Assembly: GCA_030390025.1 (NCBI GenBank)
Contig: CM059433.1
Coordinates: 31,870,001-31,934,000, forward strand
Reading direction: 5' to 3'
DNA: 64,000 bases
From: Squalus acanthias
Taxonomy: Eukaryota
Part shown: piece after piece, positions 35,075 through 48,015 of the stretch
Numbering within the stretch: the stretch's first letter is position 1
Layout: each line of letters starts with the position of its first letter
Notes under the pieces: model-generated
What the model was told of the DNA's origin: nothing
The model's database searches: none
Seen by the model: the letters and a program-made list of their open reading frames with translations, nothing else
Program-made: the position numbers and the translations under genes

Positions 35075-35551
35075 AAGAAAAAAAAGAAAGCCTTGCATTC
35101 ATAAAGTGCCTTTCACAACAACCGGCCATCCCAAAGTGCTTTATAGCCAATGAAGTACTTTTTGAAGTGTAGTCACTGCTGTAACATAGGAAACACGGCA
35201 GCCAATTTGCGCACAGCAAGCTCCCACAAACAGTAATGTGGTAACGACGAGATAATCTGTTTTAGTGATGTTGATTGAGAGTTAAATTTTTGGCCAGGCC
35301 ACCGGGAATAACTAACCTGCTCTTCTTCGAAATAGTGCCATGGATCTTTTATGTACACCTGAGCGAGCAGACGGGGCCTCGGTTTAATGCCTCATCTGAA
35401 AGATGGTACCTCCGACAGTGCAGCACTCTCTCAGTACTGCACTGGAGTGTCAGCCTAGATTTTTGTGCTCAAGTCCCTGGAGTGGGACTATGAACCCAGA
35501 ACCTTCTGACTCAGAGGCGAGTGTGCTACCAACTGAGCCACAGCTGACACA
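35075..35551 (-). mobile_element. DeuSINE (SacSINE1-like), full length
   Basis: complete reverse complement from head (ccaactgagccacagctgacac) to tail. Confidence 0.9.
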
Positions 35552-36713
35552 CAACGTTAATAAGCAACTTTTATTAAAAAATTTAAATTTAAAAAAGGGC
35601 ACTTTGACAAGTGTACTCAGGACAGATAGCAAGTTAGCAATGTCAAATTAAACACCTATAACAGCCAGTTAGAAGCAGAGATAAGACCGTTGCTTAACAG
35701 TGAGTAGTTTGAGATGGAGAAAGGTGAGAATGAAGCCAGCTCACATTTCGTTACTCGTGCATAAGGAGGTTTCAGCTGGAACCAAAGATCCATGTGGATC
35801 CTCACTGCAGAAAAGAGCTCATTGACTCGATGCTTGAGAAGCTAACACCTGCATTCCAGGGAAGGAAGGAGTTTGACCCAACCACGCCGCTCATGGTTGT
35901 GTAAGCTCTGAAACACTGCTAATCGCTAGTATCTATACGATAATCTATCCAATAGACTGGCTAGCCAAGCTGTTAACTTATCAGCTATTTAAATAGTTGC
36001 ACTTAGAGTAATCTCACCAATTTACGATCTCAGACTTCGATCGATGCTGCAATTGATACTCAATGTCTGTTGAAGCTGATTTACAGTGACTTACTGAATT
36101 ACCTGCTTAATGTTGGCTGCTCACTTTGTTAAGTAACTCTGTATATTAATGATTTTCTGTTCAACTATTTTGTTAGATAACTCTGTCTGCATCTACTTAT
36201 ATCTATCAGATGTTCATGCACCCAACTTTGACCTTAAATTATGATTTTGTAACCAATAAATAAGTCTTACAGTTGTCTGACTATGTTTTTTGATAATTTG
36301 GCAAGAAACAGTTCACTTAATAATGTATGGGTATCCTAATCGAGACCTGAAAACTAAATCTTAAATTTAGTCTGAACTGGTTAATATAATGGCAGTTCGG
36401 CTAGCAAATCCATGTATCACTCACTCCTAGACCTAAACAGGGTGGCAAAACCCCCTGAGGAGAATGCAAGGGTTTAAAGGATTTGTCTGGTTCGTTGGCA
36501 TATATATATCAGGATACCAAAACCCAGTGTTCTTAAAATTTTCCATCCCCAAAAACCTACGGTACCACCTTGGCCTTAGTGCCTGAATTTCCAAAGTGTG
36601 CTGCAGCTGTGCGAATGCTTCTGCCAGAAGTACAAACTTGTACAATCCAGCCTATAACACAATTGTACAAACACAGTAAATGTTTAGTGTGGCAAGTAGG
36701 TGTTTGTATCGCT

Positions 36714-37685
36714 CTGGCCCAACCATCTTCAGCTGCTTCATCAATGACCTTTCCTCCAACATTAGGTCAGAAATGGGGATGTTCGCTGATGACTGCACAG
36801 TGTTCAGCGCCATTCACAACTCCTCAGATAATGAAGCAGTCCATGCCTGCATGCAACAAGACCTGGACGAAGTTCAGGCTTGGACTGATAAGTGGCAGGT
36901 AACATTTGCGCCACAGAAGTGCCAGGCAATGGCTATCTCCAACAAGCAAGAGTCTAACTACCTTCCCTTGACATTCAACGGTATTACCATCGCCGAATCC
37001 CCCACCATCAACATCCTGGGGGTCACCATAGACCAGAAACTTAACTGGACCAGCCACATAAATACTGTGGCAACAAGAGCAGGTCAGAGGCTAGGTATTC
37101 TGTGGTGAGTGTCTCACCTCCTGACTCCCCAAAGCCTTTCCACCATCTACAAGGCACAAGTAAGGAGTGTGATGGAATACTTTCCACTTGCCTGGATGAG
37201 TGCAGCTCCAACAACACTCAAGAAGCTCAACACCATCTAGGATAAAGCAGCCCGCTTGATTGGCACCCCATCCACCACCTTAAACATTGACTCCCTCCAC
37301 CACCGGCGTACCATGGCCGCAGTGTGTACCATCTGCAAGATGCACTGCAGCAACTTGCCAAGGCTTCTTCGGCAGCACCTCACAAACCCGCGCCCTCTTC
37401 TACCTAGAAGGACAAGGGCAGCAGGCGCATGGGAACACCACCACCTCCAAGTTCCCCTCCAAGTCAGACACCATCCTGACTTAGAAGTATATCGACAATC
37501 CTTCATCATCGCTGGGTCAAAATCTTGGAACTCCCGCCCTAACAGCACTGTGGGAGTACCTTCACCATGCGGGCTGCAGCGGTTCAAGAAGGCGGCTCAC
37601 TACCACCTTCTCAAGGGCAACTAGGGATGGGCAATAAATGCTGGCCTTGCCAGCGACACCCACATCCCATAAACAAATAAAATAA
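36714..37685 (+). mobile_element. CR1-group LINE family B 3' fragment
   Basis: GPTIFSCFINDL...FADD in ORF 36680-37108; ORF 37256-37624; A-rich tail. Confidence 0.9.
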
Positions 37686-37687
37686 AA

Positions 37688-37938
37688 GCCTCGATTTTAA
37701 AATTCTCATCCTTGTTAATGAATCCCTCCATGACCTTGCCCCTTCCTATCACTATGATCTCCTCCGAGTTCTCTGCACTCCTCCAGTTCTGGCCTCTTTG
37801 CAATCTGATTTCCATCACTCCAACATTGGTGGCTGTGTATTCAGCTGCCTAGGCTCGATGTCAAATTTTTTCTGATAAGGCTCCTTGGGACATTTTACTA
37901 CGATAAAAGCGCTACGTAAATTCAAGTGTTGTTGTTGA
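37688..37938 (+). mobile_element. decayed L2 3' fragment
   Basis: ttttaaaattctcatcctt...aaattcaag(TGT)n. Confidence 0.65.
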
Positions 37939-38368
37939 CAAACGTTCCATAGTAACAAGTGATTGCAATGAGGCACGAGTTAGCTGTGATAATTCTATGG
38001 CAGCACAGAGGATGGGGAAAAACATTTCAGTCCAGACTTACAAGTCCCTAATTTCATGATAATATCGCTCATACATTCTGTTGTAAAGGGCTAACCCACA
38101 TATTATATGCAAGCAGCATTCCCATGGCGTTCCATTAAATTCAATTTAGGATAGTACAGTCTATTTGTTGCAGCTGGAGATTTGTTAATAACAGGTACAT
38201 AGAAAGTGGCGACCATGATAATAAAAACATTTAAAAGACATTTTGTAAAAAGTAATCATTATTGTACCAACATGCAGTATGCCCTCAAAAACTGCTTCTT
38301 CAAGATACTCTCATTCAGTATGGTTAACTTAAGAAATACAAAACATTTTAGCAATTGGGAAAGGCCAT

Positions 38369-40560
38369 GGGGGAGAAATTGGATAACCCCCGAAAACAGA
38401 TGTAGGTATCGTGGTACGTGATTTACTGGTTCCTTGCATTGCAGGCAGCACGTTGAATTCATGCTGCCTGCTCTTTTAAATGATTTCTGCATGGACCCAC
38501 TGTTCATTGGCTGCATGCATCAGCAGGGGGCCCAATATTGCGAGTGGCTTGCGCAACTTAAAGGCAGTCTGCACCTCTTGTGGCTGCAAGAAGTGGTGCA
38601 AGTTTTTTCAGAAGTCAACCTGGGCTCTAATACTTTGCGCAAAGGCTGAACATGTGAGAGCGCGGGCACGAAGGTTTTCAGATAATGCACTGGAGTTCCT
38701 GGTGGAAGAGGTGGAAAAGAAGGGGCAGGAGGCCCTTCAGACATATGCTATGAAGGCAGCGAGAATAAGTAATGGCGGAGGTCAGTACCAGGAGTGTATC
38801 TCCAAGAACATGGATGCAGTGCACGAAAAAGTTTAACGATCTGACGTGAGTTGTCAAGGTGAGTGAGTTCATCTTCAAATGGCATATCCTACCAACTGCA
38901 CCACTAGCCTCATCCACTGCTCAATTCACGACACTCCCATCATCCACCTACCAACAATCTCTATCAATCTGTACTCTAAAATTTATATGCTGTACCTCAC
39001 CCTCACACACTTAGCACTGTTGCAAGCCACGCACACACTACTCACAGTTCGCACACACCGGCAGTTATTTAACCATGACAGCCACATCTCCCAAACATAC
39101 TGCACTACACTCACTTCCCTCTTTCTTGCAGGAGAAGGTGGTGCATAACAGCAGACAGCAGCAAAGAACTGAAGGAAGACAAGCACGTCTGCATGTTTTA
39201 ACCCCAATGGAGGAGACAATGCTGGCCATCATGGGAAGGGGCATCGCTGAGGCCGTGGCCAGTGGCGGGGCTGGAGCGATCGATGATAAGGGTTTCTGCA
39301 TCCCTAATCCTCCTTCTCTCTTCTCACTTCTCCCTCATCCCACAATCTGTTCTGAATCATAAACTGCAGATGGTGTAAGCATGCACTTCTTACTTGCTCC
39401 TCTCCCCTCACCACAATCCAACCCCAGTCCTTTCTTCATTTCAGATACCCAAGAACTGGAACTTTCCCAGTCAGTGGAGTTAGAGGAAGAAAACAGTGAA
39501 GATGAAGAGACACCATCACTCGATCTTACACTTGCAGCCACCAGCTCAGACACCGACACTGCATGTATTTAGAGGCTAGGATAGAGGAGGGATCTGCACA
39601 GAAGAGCGCAGGAGCCAGGGCGAGGGAAATGATAGTGCAGGTGCCAGTTCGCTGCAGGGCAAGGTTGCACACTAGTTCTATGCAGAGGACTCAGATGAGG
39701 ACGTTGATGGACCAGGCTACTGAAGAAGGCTGATGGGTGTACATAACCAAATGCTTGTTACATTGAAAAACCTGCCAGAAATCCTGCATTTAATGCCAAG
39801 GAGCATAGAGGAGTTCAACACCAACTTGGCACAGGGCTTTGCGCAGAGTTTGGAGCCCATCCTTTCCAACATGGAATGGGTGGTCAACTCCATCAGCACA
39901 CCTGTGGAACCCACCATGATGCAGCGTCTGATGGTCGATGTCACAACATCCATTGCAGCACAAACAGCTTCCATCAAAGGTCTGAGTGCTGCAGTGGAAG
40001 TTCAGACTGCTGTCATCATGATTCTGAATACCACTATTCAAATGGACTTCCAGGGTGTCACAGCAGTCCATCAATCTGTTCTCCAACAGATCAGTAGGAT
40101 TTCTGAGGTGCCGCCCCGGGAGAGTGGCTGTGGATCCATGGTGCACAAACCTGCTGTCCCCTCCCAGGATGACAGCATTCATGCTCCCACCCCTGCCACT
40201 TTGCCAGTGCCTTTGCTGTTGCCTGTCTGCCAGCCAGCCCGGACTGCTGCAGCCTGGTGCAGTCTGAAGCTGGGCCTTCTAGGCACAGAGCTGCGCAAGA
40301 TCGTCCTCCAAGGCCATCTGCAGTCTCCTCAATTGAAGGTCAGCAGCCTTTCACCACTCATGCTGCAGCCACTGGGGAAGCACCTTGTAGGAGCACTAGG
40401 AGAGGCAAAGGCATATGGAAGACAGGCACTAAAGGGAATACAGAATGGTGATTAGTTGATTTTTTTATGGCATTATATCATGATTGAATTTATAAACTCT
40501 GATTGGAATGTGCATTTTCTGGTGGCTCTTATTTTAGTGTTGTTGGAAAGAGGACGATGC
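38369..40560 (+). mobile_element. truncated Harbinger transposon: left TIR + decayed 3-exon Myb/SANT gene, no transposase
   Basis: TIR-like GGGGGAGAAATTG; exon 1 RARARRFSDNALEFLVEEVE with donor AAG|GTGAGT at 38858; exon 2 from 39132 (EKVVHN...LTPMEE); exon 3 from 39445 including ORF 39733-40455; right boundary approximate. Confidence 0.8.
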
Positions 40561-40735
40561 GATGGTCAGTGATAGAGATAAGGTAAGGAGTGTGGGACTG
40601 TCAGTGATTGGGGAGGTGTGGTTGAGGTTACTGGTATTGCTCATTAATTATTTGATTACGTATAGCCTGGGCAGAAAGGGGCTGTCTACATTTGATCTAA
40701 GGGCTTCCCTTTATGGCTCAATGGGTAAAAATATT

Positions 40736-40950
40736 GGCCCAGATTTTGGTGACCAAATAATGGTGAGTTTAATGGCGGCTGTTGTTATCAAAGTGTAAAT
40801 CGTCCAGCATCTTGTGGTGAGGAAGAGATGCTGCGTGAGTTGCGAATCGCCACAAGTTGCTGGACGATTTGCGCTGCTCCGCCGTTATCCTAGCGAAGAT
40901 GGCAGCTCGCCCTCAACCTCCCCATGAGTTTCATGAAGTTGCTGCATTAA
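40736..40950. mobile_element. end fragment of the 59052-59752 MITE family
   Basis: ggcccagattttg start; internal inverted repeat aatcgtccagcatcttgtgg...ccacaagttgctggacgatt also present at about 59615-59690. Confidence 0.6.
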
Positions 40951-40959
40951 TTGCCCTCA

Positions 40960-41215
40960 ACCTCTCATTCCTCCGACTCTGGCCGCTTGTACTTCCCCCT
41001 CCCTTTGTCCCAGCATTGGTGGCCGTGCATGCAGCCGCTTAGGCCCAACACGCTTCTTAAACCTCTCTACCTCCTTCTTCTTCAAGATCCTTCTTAAAAC
41101 CCATCTCTTTGAACTAGTTCACCTCTCCTAATATCTCCTTCTTTGGCTCTGCATCTACAAAGTACTTTGAGACGCTTTTCTACATGAAATGTGCTATTTA
41201 AATGGAAGTCTTTGT
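40960..41215 (+). mobile_element. decayed L2 3' fragment
   Basis: cattggtggccgtgc...cttaaaacccatctctttga...tail remnant. Confidence 0.55.
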
Positions 41216-41217
41216 TG

Positions 41218-41362
41218 CCGATGGTGTTGGTGGTGATAGGGTGAGTCGTGGTGGTGTCAATGGCAGTGATGGTGGTAGTTTTTGATGGCGTTGTTGTTAG
41301 TGTTGCCGATGTTGGTTGATGGTGGCATCAATGGTGACAGCGATGTCGATGGTGGTGGTATT
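41218..41362. repeat. low-complexity (GGT/GAT/GTT)n tract
   Basis: degenerate trinucleotide run. Confidence 0.7.
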
Positions 41363-41514
41363 CATTCCTAAAAACTGCCAGTGCTAGGAATTTCCTCTAA
41401 ATGGATTCCGCTCCACCACGATAACTTCACTGGAAGTGCGGGAGCAGCTTCAACCAAACTCCCGATCCAAGGATACATCCTTGGTCAGTTCAAACTGCCA
41501 GGAAAAGGAAGGAA

Positions 41515-41700
41515 AAAAGAAAGAAAGAAAGAGCATTTATAAAGCGCCTTGCATGCCTTCAGAATATCCCATAGCGCTTTACAGCCAATGAAGTACTTTT
41601 GAGGTGTAGTCACTGTTGTAAACGCGGCAGCCAATTTGCACACAGCAAGCTCCCACAGACAACAATGAGATAATGACCAGATAATTTATTTTTTAGTGAT
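41515..41700 (-). mobile_element. DeuSINE 3' fragment
   Basis: reverse tail and cagccaatgaagtactttt core. Confidence 0.8.
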
Positions 41701-42200
41701 AGTGTACCTGAGATGTACAAATCATGCAGGTCGCAGGGTCAGTACCCAGTTAGTGGTCTGACATTGAGACCTGCGCAAGTGCCATCATTTCCTGAAGTGT
41801 GGGTCTTGTCAAATATAAAACTGCTGGGACTCACTAAAACGGCTCTCGGCAAGACCCATTTTTAGTGCGCCTTCTTAGCTGCTGATTGTAGCAACTCTCA
41901 GCAGTTTTACGCTCTACTTGCGGCTAGCTCCATGAGATGCAAGCTTTAGAAGCCCAGTGGCACAAAGATGTGTCTCTCACAATGTAAAAGCAGCGTAAAG
42001 TTGAGGAAGCTATTCTCAACTGAGACGGTAACAGTAGCACTGCAGTAGGTTTCCCAGGCTGGGGAGGGAAAGTATCAACCAGGGTTCCTAATTCTGATTG
42101 CTAGCAGGTAACCCCTGCTGGAAAGGGCCTGTGTAAGGACATAACGTGAAGGCATGATTGGGCTCAATGCTCTTCATTGTTGTAGAGCTTCTGACACTCA

Positions 42201-42330
42201 GGGGGCAATTTTATCCTAACCTACCCATCGGAAAACTGATGGGATTGGGTGCAACGATGATATTACACCCTGCCTGATTTTGCTCTCCAGTGAAGTTAGG
42301 TTCAGGAGAGGTTAGGTTAAAATGACCCCC
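42201..42330. mobile_element. 130-bp Harbinger-like mini-MITE
   Basis: 22-bp TIR GGGGGCAATTTTATCCTAACCT versus reverse complement GGGGGTCATTTTAACCTAACCT; flanks TCA/TTA. Confidence 0.75.
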
Positions 42331-43142
42331 TTACTGCTGTGCCTCATACATGAAGAATGGCTATTTGAGTGAGGTGCTAGAAGGTTGTACTCATGCAATT
42401 GTACCCCAGTGTGACAATTGGGGAAAAAAGTGACATAGTTCTATCTGAAATTAAATGCTCTTGTTTCTTGCTATTAAACAATGTCCCATTTTCTGTTCCT
42501 CAAAAACGTTACAGAAGAGTTAAACGAAAGGCAGTCAAAGTAGTGAAAATCCTGGATTTTTGTGCAAATTATTTTTAATGTGATTTTAAAATGATAGCTG
42601 CTCAACAATAGATCTGGTACTGCTGGAAGCTTTTCAACATGTCTTCATATTCGAGATATTATTTCAAAATTGAGATTGATCAGGTTGCCTCAAACTCATT
42701 AACCTAAAACCAAATCGGGTTTTGTTTTTCTTAAAATCAATTCAGTAGCTATTATCACTACCTGAACAATCATCTTAAGACACTAAGTGGGAAAAATTCG
42801 GTATCGACCATTTAGGGGCGCTAACATCGGCTGGCCGCAAACTTTAGCGCCTGGCGCAAATTAGCGCCGGCGACCGCAAAATTTGTCTCCAGTGCCCCTG
42901 GAGGTGATTGGAGTGCTAAATCAAATGCTACACCCTTCTCTTAGGGCGCTAATGTTGGGGAACAGGGCACTACCTCAGAGCGCTACTCAAGCTCAGGCAC
43001 TGTCAATTAACTAGTACTCAGACAGACTGGCGCCTTCTAGTTCTTAAAGGGGAGGTTCAATCATGCTGCACAGCCTCACCCTGATCATTGCTGCTTGTGA
43101 CCTGGGCCTGCAAGAAGGAGGAATTCTTCAACCAGGAATCTC

Positions 43143-44625
43143 ATGGCTGCTCAGAGGCCCAGGGAGAGAGCTCGCCGGTTTAGCGACCAGGCATTGGAGG
43201 CTCTGGTTGTGGCTGTGGAACGCCGACGGGCAGTGCTGTTCCCAGACACTGGCAGGAGGCCATTGCCCCGGGGGTTCACAAGGATGTGGAGGGAGGTGGC
43301 CCAGTACGTCTCATCCAGAAGCTTGGTCCAAAGGACTCACACCCACTGCCGCAAGAAGTTCAACAATCTCACTCGGGTGGTCAGGGTGAGTAGATGCTTG
43401 AAATACCTCTACATCCCACCATCTCAACCTCACTCTGAGCACAGACGGTATAAACTGCCAAATCCCCAACACTCACCCAACAACTATGCCCATCTACTAA
43501 AAGTCACATCCACAACCCACACCTTGCAGATATTAATGGCTATTCAACTATGGTAGGTATATCTGCCAAACACATGGCTGCACACTCACTCACACGCAGT
43601 CCTTTTTCTTGCAGGCCAAGCTTGCTCATAACAGGAGGGAGCAGCTACGCACGGGAGGAGGACAGGCAGAGCTGCACCCCCTCACATAGCTGGAGGAGCG
43701 AGTGCGCAGCATCATCGTGAGCCATGTCATGGGCGCTGTGGCACTTGGAGAGGTTGACCCCCTCAGGGACAGCAACGGTATGTTCATCATCTCTCTCTCC
43801 TCTCTCATACCATTTCCCCCTCACAACACAAGCCCTTCCCACTTTCCATCTAACTATACTGTCTCCATTCCTTGCTCCCTTTCTGCCCCCCTCCCCTCAT
43901 GTTACACCCACTCTTGTGCCATCTTGCTTTCAGATAGTGAGCCACCATCTGAACAGCCAGTCCCTCAGCCTCCCAGTGAGAGGATCAGGAACACTAAGCT
44001 GGAGCCTCACTGCCTGCGTCTCGTGGCGACACATCGGATACTGGGGCCACGCGGTCACTGGAGGGGAGCAGAGGAATTGGCTCTCATGTGGGTGAAGCTC
44101 CGGGACCCAGCGGGCTGCAGCAACGCCATGGGGGAAGGGAAGCTTGGAGGCCATCTCCGCAGAGGGTGAGTACGCACACGAGTTTTGCTACACAGGACTT
44201 GGATGAGCAACTCGATATCACGGCGATGATCACACAGGCGATGAACATGCATACTAAGCTCATGGGTGCAATGGCAAGGGTGCCCGAGAGCAGGGATGCA
44301 CTGGCTAGGAGCGAGGAGGAGTCCGCCGCTAGCACAGCTGTCATCTGTGCGCAAACCCTCGATCCCATCCTTGCCTCATTGCAGAGGATGGTTGGTTGAC
44401 TTGTAGGGAGACTGTGGGAACTCAGACCCCATGCCGCGTGTAATGGGTGAGGTGGCAGCATCTATTGCAGCACAGACCGAGGCAAGACAACAGCTTAGTG
44501 CTGGAATCGAGTCATTGGTTGGTGCCATCCAATCTCAGACTGCTCTGAGGCAGTCTCAGATTGAAGCCACACAAGCGCTGACTGCTGCTATCGTAGCTGG
44601 GTCGACCACTAAATACATTTTTTAG
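43143..44625 (+). pseudogene. Harbinger Myb/SANT-like DNA-binding protein gene (NAIF1/MSANTD-related), 3 exons
   Basis: exon 1 43143-43385 (RARRFSDQALEALV...W..VA...CRKKFNNL, donor GTGAGT); exon 2 43615-43777 with in-frame TAG at 43687-43689; exon 3 from 43934 with frameshift/stop. Confidence 0.85.
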
Positions 44626-44919
44626 ACCAAATAGGGGGGGGTGTTTGTACCAAAGTTGGATGTGTTTGTAAATATATTGTTCACTTTGTTAAGAATTATT
44701 TCGATGTGCTAAGAACCAGTTCTGTTTGTTAATAAATTGCTGTGTTTGTTTGTTATTGGTTGTGCTTAATCAGACACAGTTGTTCAGAATAATAAAAATT
44801 GTTTATTTCAACTTTACATATTTCCTCATGTTTCTCATTGGAACTTTGGCCAGTTATAGGGGCTGAGGGCTGGCTGTAATGATATGGTTGTTGATCCCAA
44901 ATGCCATCTGCTCTCTCAT

Positions 44920-46087
44920 TCATCGGAAGCACTGTGCAATAAGGCATTCACAAACGGCCCTTGCAGAAGCAACATTGAGCGCCTCCCTCCCATGTTGTTG
45001 CTGCTCCTCCTCCTCTTCATTCTCCTCCTCCGCCTCTTTCTCCTCCGCTCCCTCTTCCTCCTCCTGAGGTGGTGCACCAATCCCTGGTGGCAATGGCTGG
45101 GTCCTCAGAATGGCGAGGTTATGCACCATGCAGCACACAACTATGAAAACCGATACTCGATCAGGGGAGTACTGCAGGGCTCCTCCAGAGTGATCAAGAC
45201 ACCGGAACCGTTGATTCAGCACGCCGATAGTCTGTTCGATGAGGTTCCTAGTGGCACTATGGCTCTCATTGTAGGCTAGCTCAGCAGGAGTGTTGTGGTT
45301 ACGGATTGATGTCATCAGCGAGGTGGAGAGTGGATAACCCTTGTCCCCGAGGAGCCAGCCGCGAGCTTGATGCGGTGGTTGGAACAGTGCTGGGACACCA
45401 GTCTGGCGCAGGATGAATGAATCGTGGCTGCTGCCAGGATAGCGGGCATTGACGGTGAGGATGTGCTGTCTGTGGTCGCACACCAACTGCATGTTCAGAG
45501 AGTGGTAGCCTTTGTGGTTGTGGAACACCTCTGCGTTTTGATGAGGTGCCCGCAATGCTACGCGCGTGCAGTCAATGGCTCCCTGAACCATGGGGAAGCC
45601 CGCTATCCTTGCGCATTCATGCTGTTTTTCTCGAGTCATGGGGAATGAGATGTACTCCATTCTCCTTATGTACAGAGCATCTGTGACCTCCCGGATGCAG
45701 CAATGGGCAGCAAACTGGGAGATGTTCGCAATATCCCCTGTTGAAGCCTGGAAGGAGCCGCTGGCATAGAAATTGAGAGCGACTGTGACCTTCACTGCCA
45801 CCGACAGAGATGTCTTGGTCCTGAGCTGAGGCTGGAGCTCTGGCTGCAGGAGGTGGCAGAGCTCTGTGACCACCTCCTTGCTGAAGAGGAGCCTTCTAAT
45901 ACATTGTTCCTCTGACAGATGGATATATGAGAACTGCTCCCGGAATACCCTGGGAGGGTAAGGTTTCCTGTGGAGAGCCCTGTTGGCCCTCCTCCCTCTG
46001 GCCACATTTTTCCACTCTCTCTCTCCAACTCCGCTACCTCCGACGGTGATGCTGGAGGGCGAGGCCCCGTGCTAGTACAGCTCCCAT
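44920..46087 (-). pseudogene. Harbinger (HARBI1-family) DDE transposase
   Basis: 361-codon open frame 44920-46005 with GAIDCT, SHDSFI, LGDKGY, RNLIEQTIG.L..RFRCLD and acidic tail; likely ATG at 46087 (MGAVL) is out of frame and followed by a TAG. Confidence 0.92.
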
Positions 46088-46562
46088 TACATTTTGTAAA
46101 TGTGGTATTACCAAAGGTAAGAGAAATGGGAACCTGATAAGTTTTGCTGACGTCCAAAACTCCTTCAAGTAGGAAACCGTCAAATCTCTCCAAACGCCTC
46201 TCTCCCTCTCTCAACGTGCGTAGGCAGAATTGATTGCCGACAGGAAAAAACAGGAAGCGCACGCCTTTAAATAGCTCCCAGCTGACTGCAAACCGTCCCC
46301 CTCTACCAGGCGCTGAGACAGGGCACGAGAATCAATTTCCTTCCGGGGTGCTACCAGGGCGATGTGCTTGGATGAATCATGATCTCTGGGCGTAGGAGAT
46401 CATGGTGGTAGTGTTTAGCACCAGTTGAATTTTGTGGGAGGCGTTAACCAACCGAATTTTTCCCCCAGATCCTATGCTGGTCTAATGCAATGTAACCTGA
46501 TACAACAGGTCTGACATAACTTTCCCCTTCCAAATTTAACCCCATAAGGAAAGAAAGATAAT

Positions 46563-47308
46563 GGGCCGTAATTTGCGGCCTCACGGATGCGTACATGGTG
46601 TGTACGCGCCCGTAAAGGCCGCGTATGTTCCGGGTTTTCGCGTGCGAAGTGCATGCATGAAAACATGGAACTTGCGATCTGTCAAGAAATCCAATGAATC
46701 CCCGGGAAAAGGGCATCCACGGGCGGAGATTTGCCAAACTTCTGCAGAGCGAATGTCCGTGAAATTCTTACGCCTGGAAAAAACAGGTGCAAGGCTTGCT
46801 TTTACCAGCGTAAGAGTTTAAAAAAAATATAAAAATAAAATTTTATTAATCATTTATACATTAAAAAGCCTGTGCAATGAGGTTAGTTCATTTTTAGCCG
46901 CTTTAAAACATTTAAATTTATTTTTCAAAGAATTAAAGTTTTGTTTTAAATATTTAATTAAATGCCATTTTAATTAATTTTAAATAAGTAATTTTTAAAA
47001 TTAATTTGACGTGTAGATGTATTTTTTTGGGTATTCCCATTTATGCTTATGGGGTTTCCGTACATACGGAATCCCTATAAGCATGAATGGGGATTCTCTT
47101 CTTTTATTGGTTAGGCCGGCCCACGTGATCCCAAGGGAGCTTGCGATCCGCCTTCGCCCCTGGGATAAGTGAACCTCTACCCGCGGGTACCCGGAGAGGC
47201 ACAGGACCGCGAGTCTCCGCACCTCTCAGACCACCAGGTACGCGGGCATTTTATTTGCGGATCAGAGGCATTTCCCCAAGGGTAGCCTCCGACCGCAAAT
47301 TCAGGGTC
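46563..47308. mobile_element. Harbinger-like MITE, 746 bp
   Basis: imperfect 18-bp TIR sharing AATTTGCGG; 3-bp TSD AAT at 46560-46562 and 47309-47311; CpG-rich ends and AT-rich core. Confidence 0.8.
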
Positions 47309-47367
47309 AATGTCCTCCTTTTGTTAACAGCAGCCCTGAAGGTAGTTCAGGAACATCATCATGTTAC

Positions 47368-47452
47368 TTGAGATCAGATCAGCCATGATCTCATTGAATG
47401 TTGGAACAGGCTCGAGGGGCTACATGACCTCCTCCTGTTCCTATGTTCTTAT
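47368..47452 (+). mobile_element. CR1 extreme 3' end
   Basis: gatcagccatgatctcattgaatg...cctatgttctt. Confidence 0.75.
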
Positions 47453-47759
47453 CACTCAAGATGGAGAAGAAAAAGGTCAGAATTTTGCAACAGTAAAACA
47501 CAAATGATTTTTACAATAAAGGGAAAGAAACTTTGTGGAATATTCCTGTGGGATGATGGTGTTGTGACTCCTCGGGAACGGGAGGGAAAGTTGGGTATAA
47601 AAGGTAGAACCCAGAATTTTCTCCACGGGTCGGCACGGGTGAGGAAATGGGGAAGTGAGACAGACATAGACACAGACAGAAGAAAGTTGGGCAAAGTGCT
47701 GTTGCAATTGCTGACTTGCATCATTATTACCAGTTATATCCAAATGTTGTCTCTTGCGC

Positions 47760-48015
47760 ATCCCCGATTCTCAGCTCTCCACCTTTGGCGGCCATTCCTT
47801 AAGCTGCCTCGATCCTAAGCTCTGGAATTCCCTCCCTAAACCTCACTACCCTCTTGAAGACATTCCTTAAAACCTACCTCCTTGACCAAGCCTTTGGTCA
47901 CCTGTCTTATGTCTCCTTACATGGCTCGGTGTCAATTTTTTGTTGCTAATGCTCCTGTGAAGTGCTTTGGGACATTTTACTACGTTAAAGGCGCTATATA
48001 AATGCAAGTTGTTCT
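47760..48015 (+). mobile_element. L2 3' fragment
   Basis: cttaaaacctacctc...aaaggcgctatataaatgcaagttgtt. Confidence 0.78.

Larger units (their letters stand above)
42787..46466. mobile_element. full-length PIF/Harbinger DNA transposon with two convergent genes, inactivated
   Basis: TIRs GTGGGAAAAATTCGGT (42787-42802) and ACCGAATTTTTCCCCC (46451-46466), 15/16 match; Myb gene on +, transposase on -; TSD not clean. Confidence 0.93.

Noticed and set aside
39733..40455. Stand-alone 240-aa novel gene
   Set aside because: It is the third exon of the decayed Harbinger Myb gene and is similar to 44088-44625 (AQSLEPILS versus AQTLDPILAS).
41218..41362. Coding Gly/Val/Asp-rich repeat
   Set aside because: Degenerate simple repeat at an L2 tail without splice signals.
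44920..46005. Domesticated host gene HARBI1 (and NAIF1 for the Myb ORF)
   Set aside because: Enclosed by TIRs, has a related MITE, and carries inactivating lesions; no gene symbol assigned.
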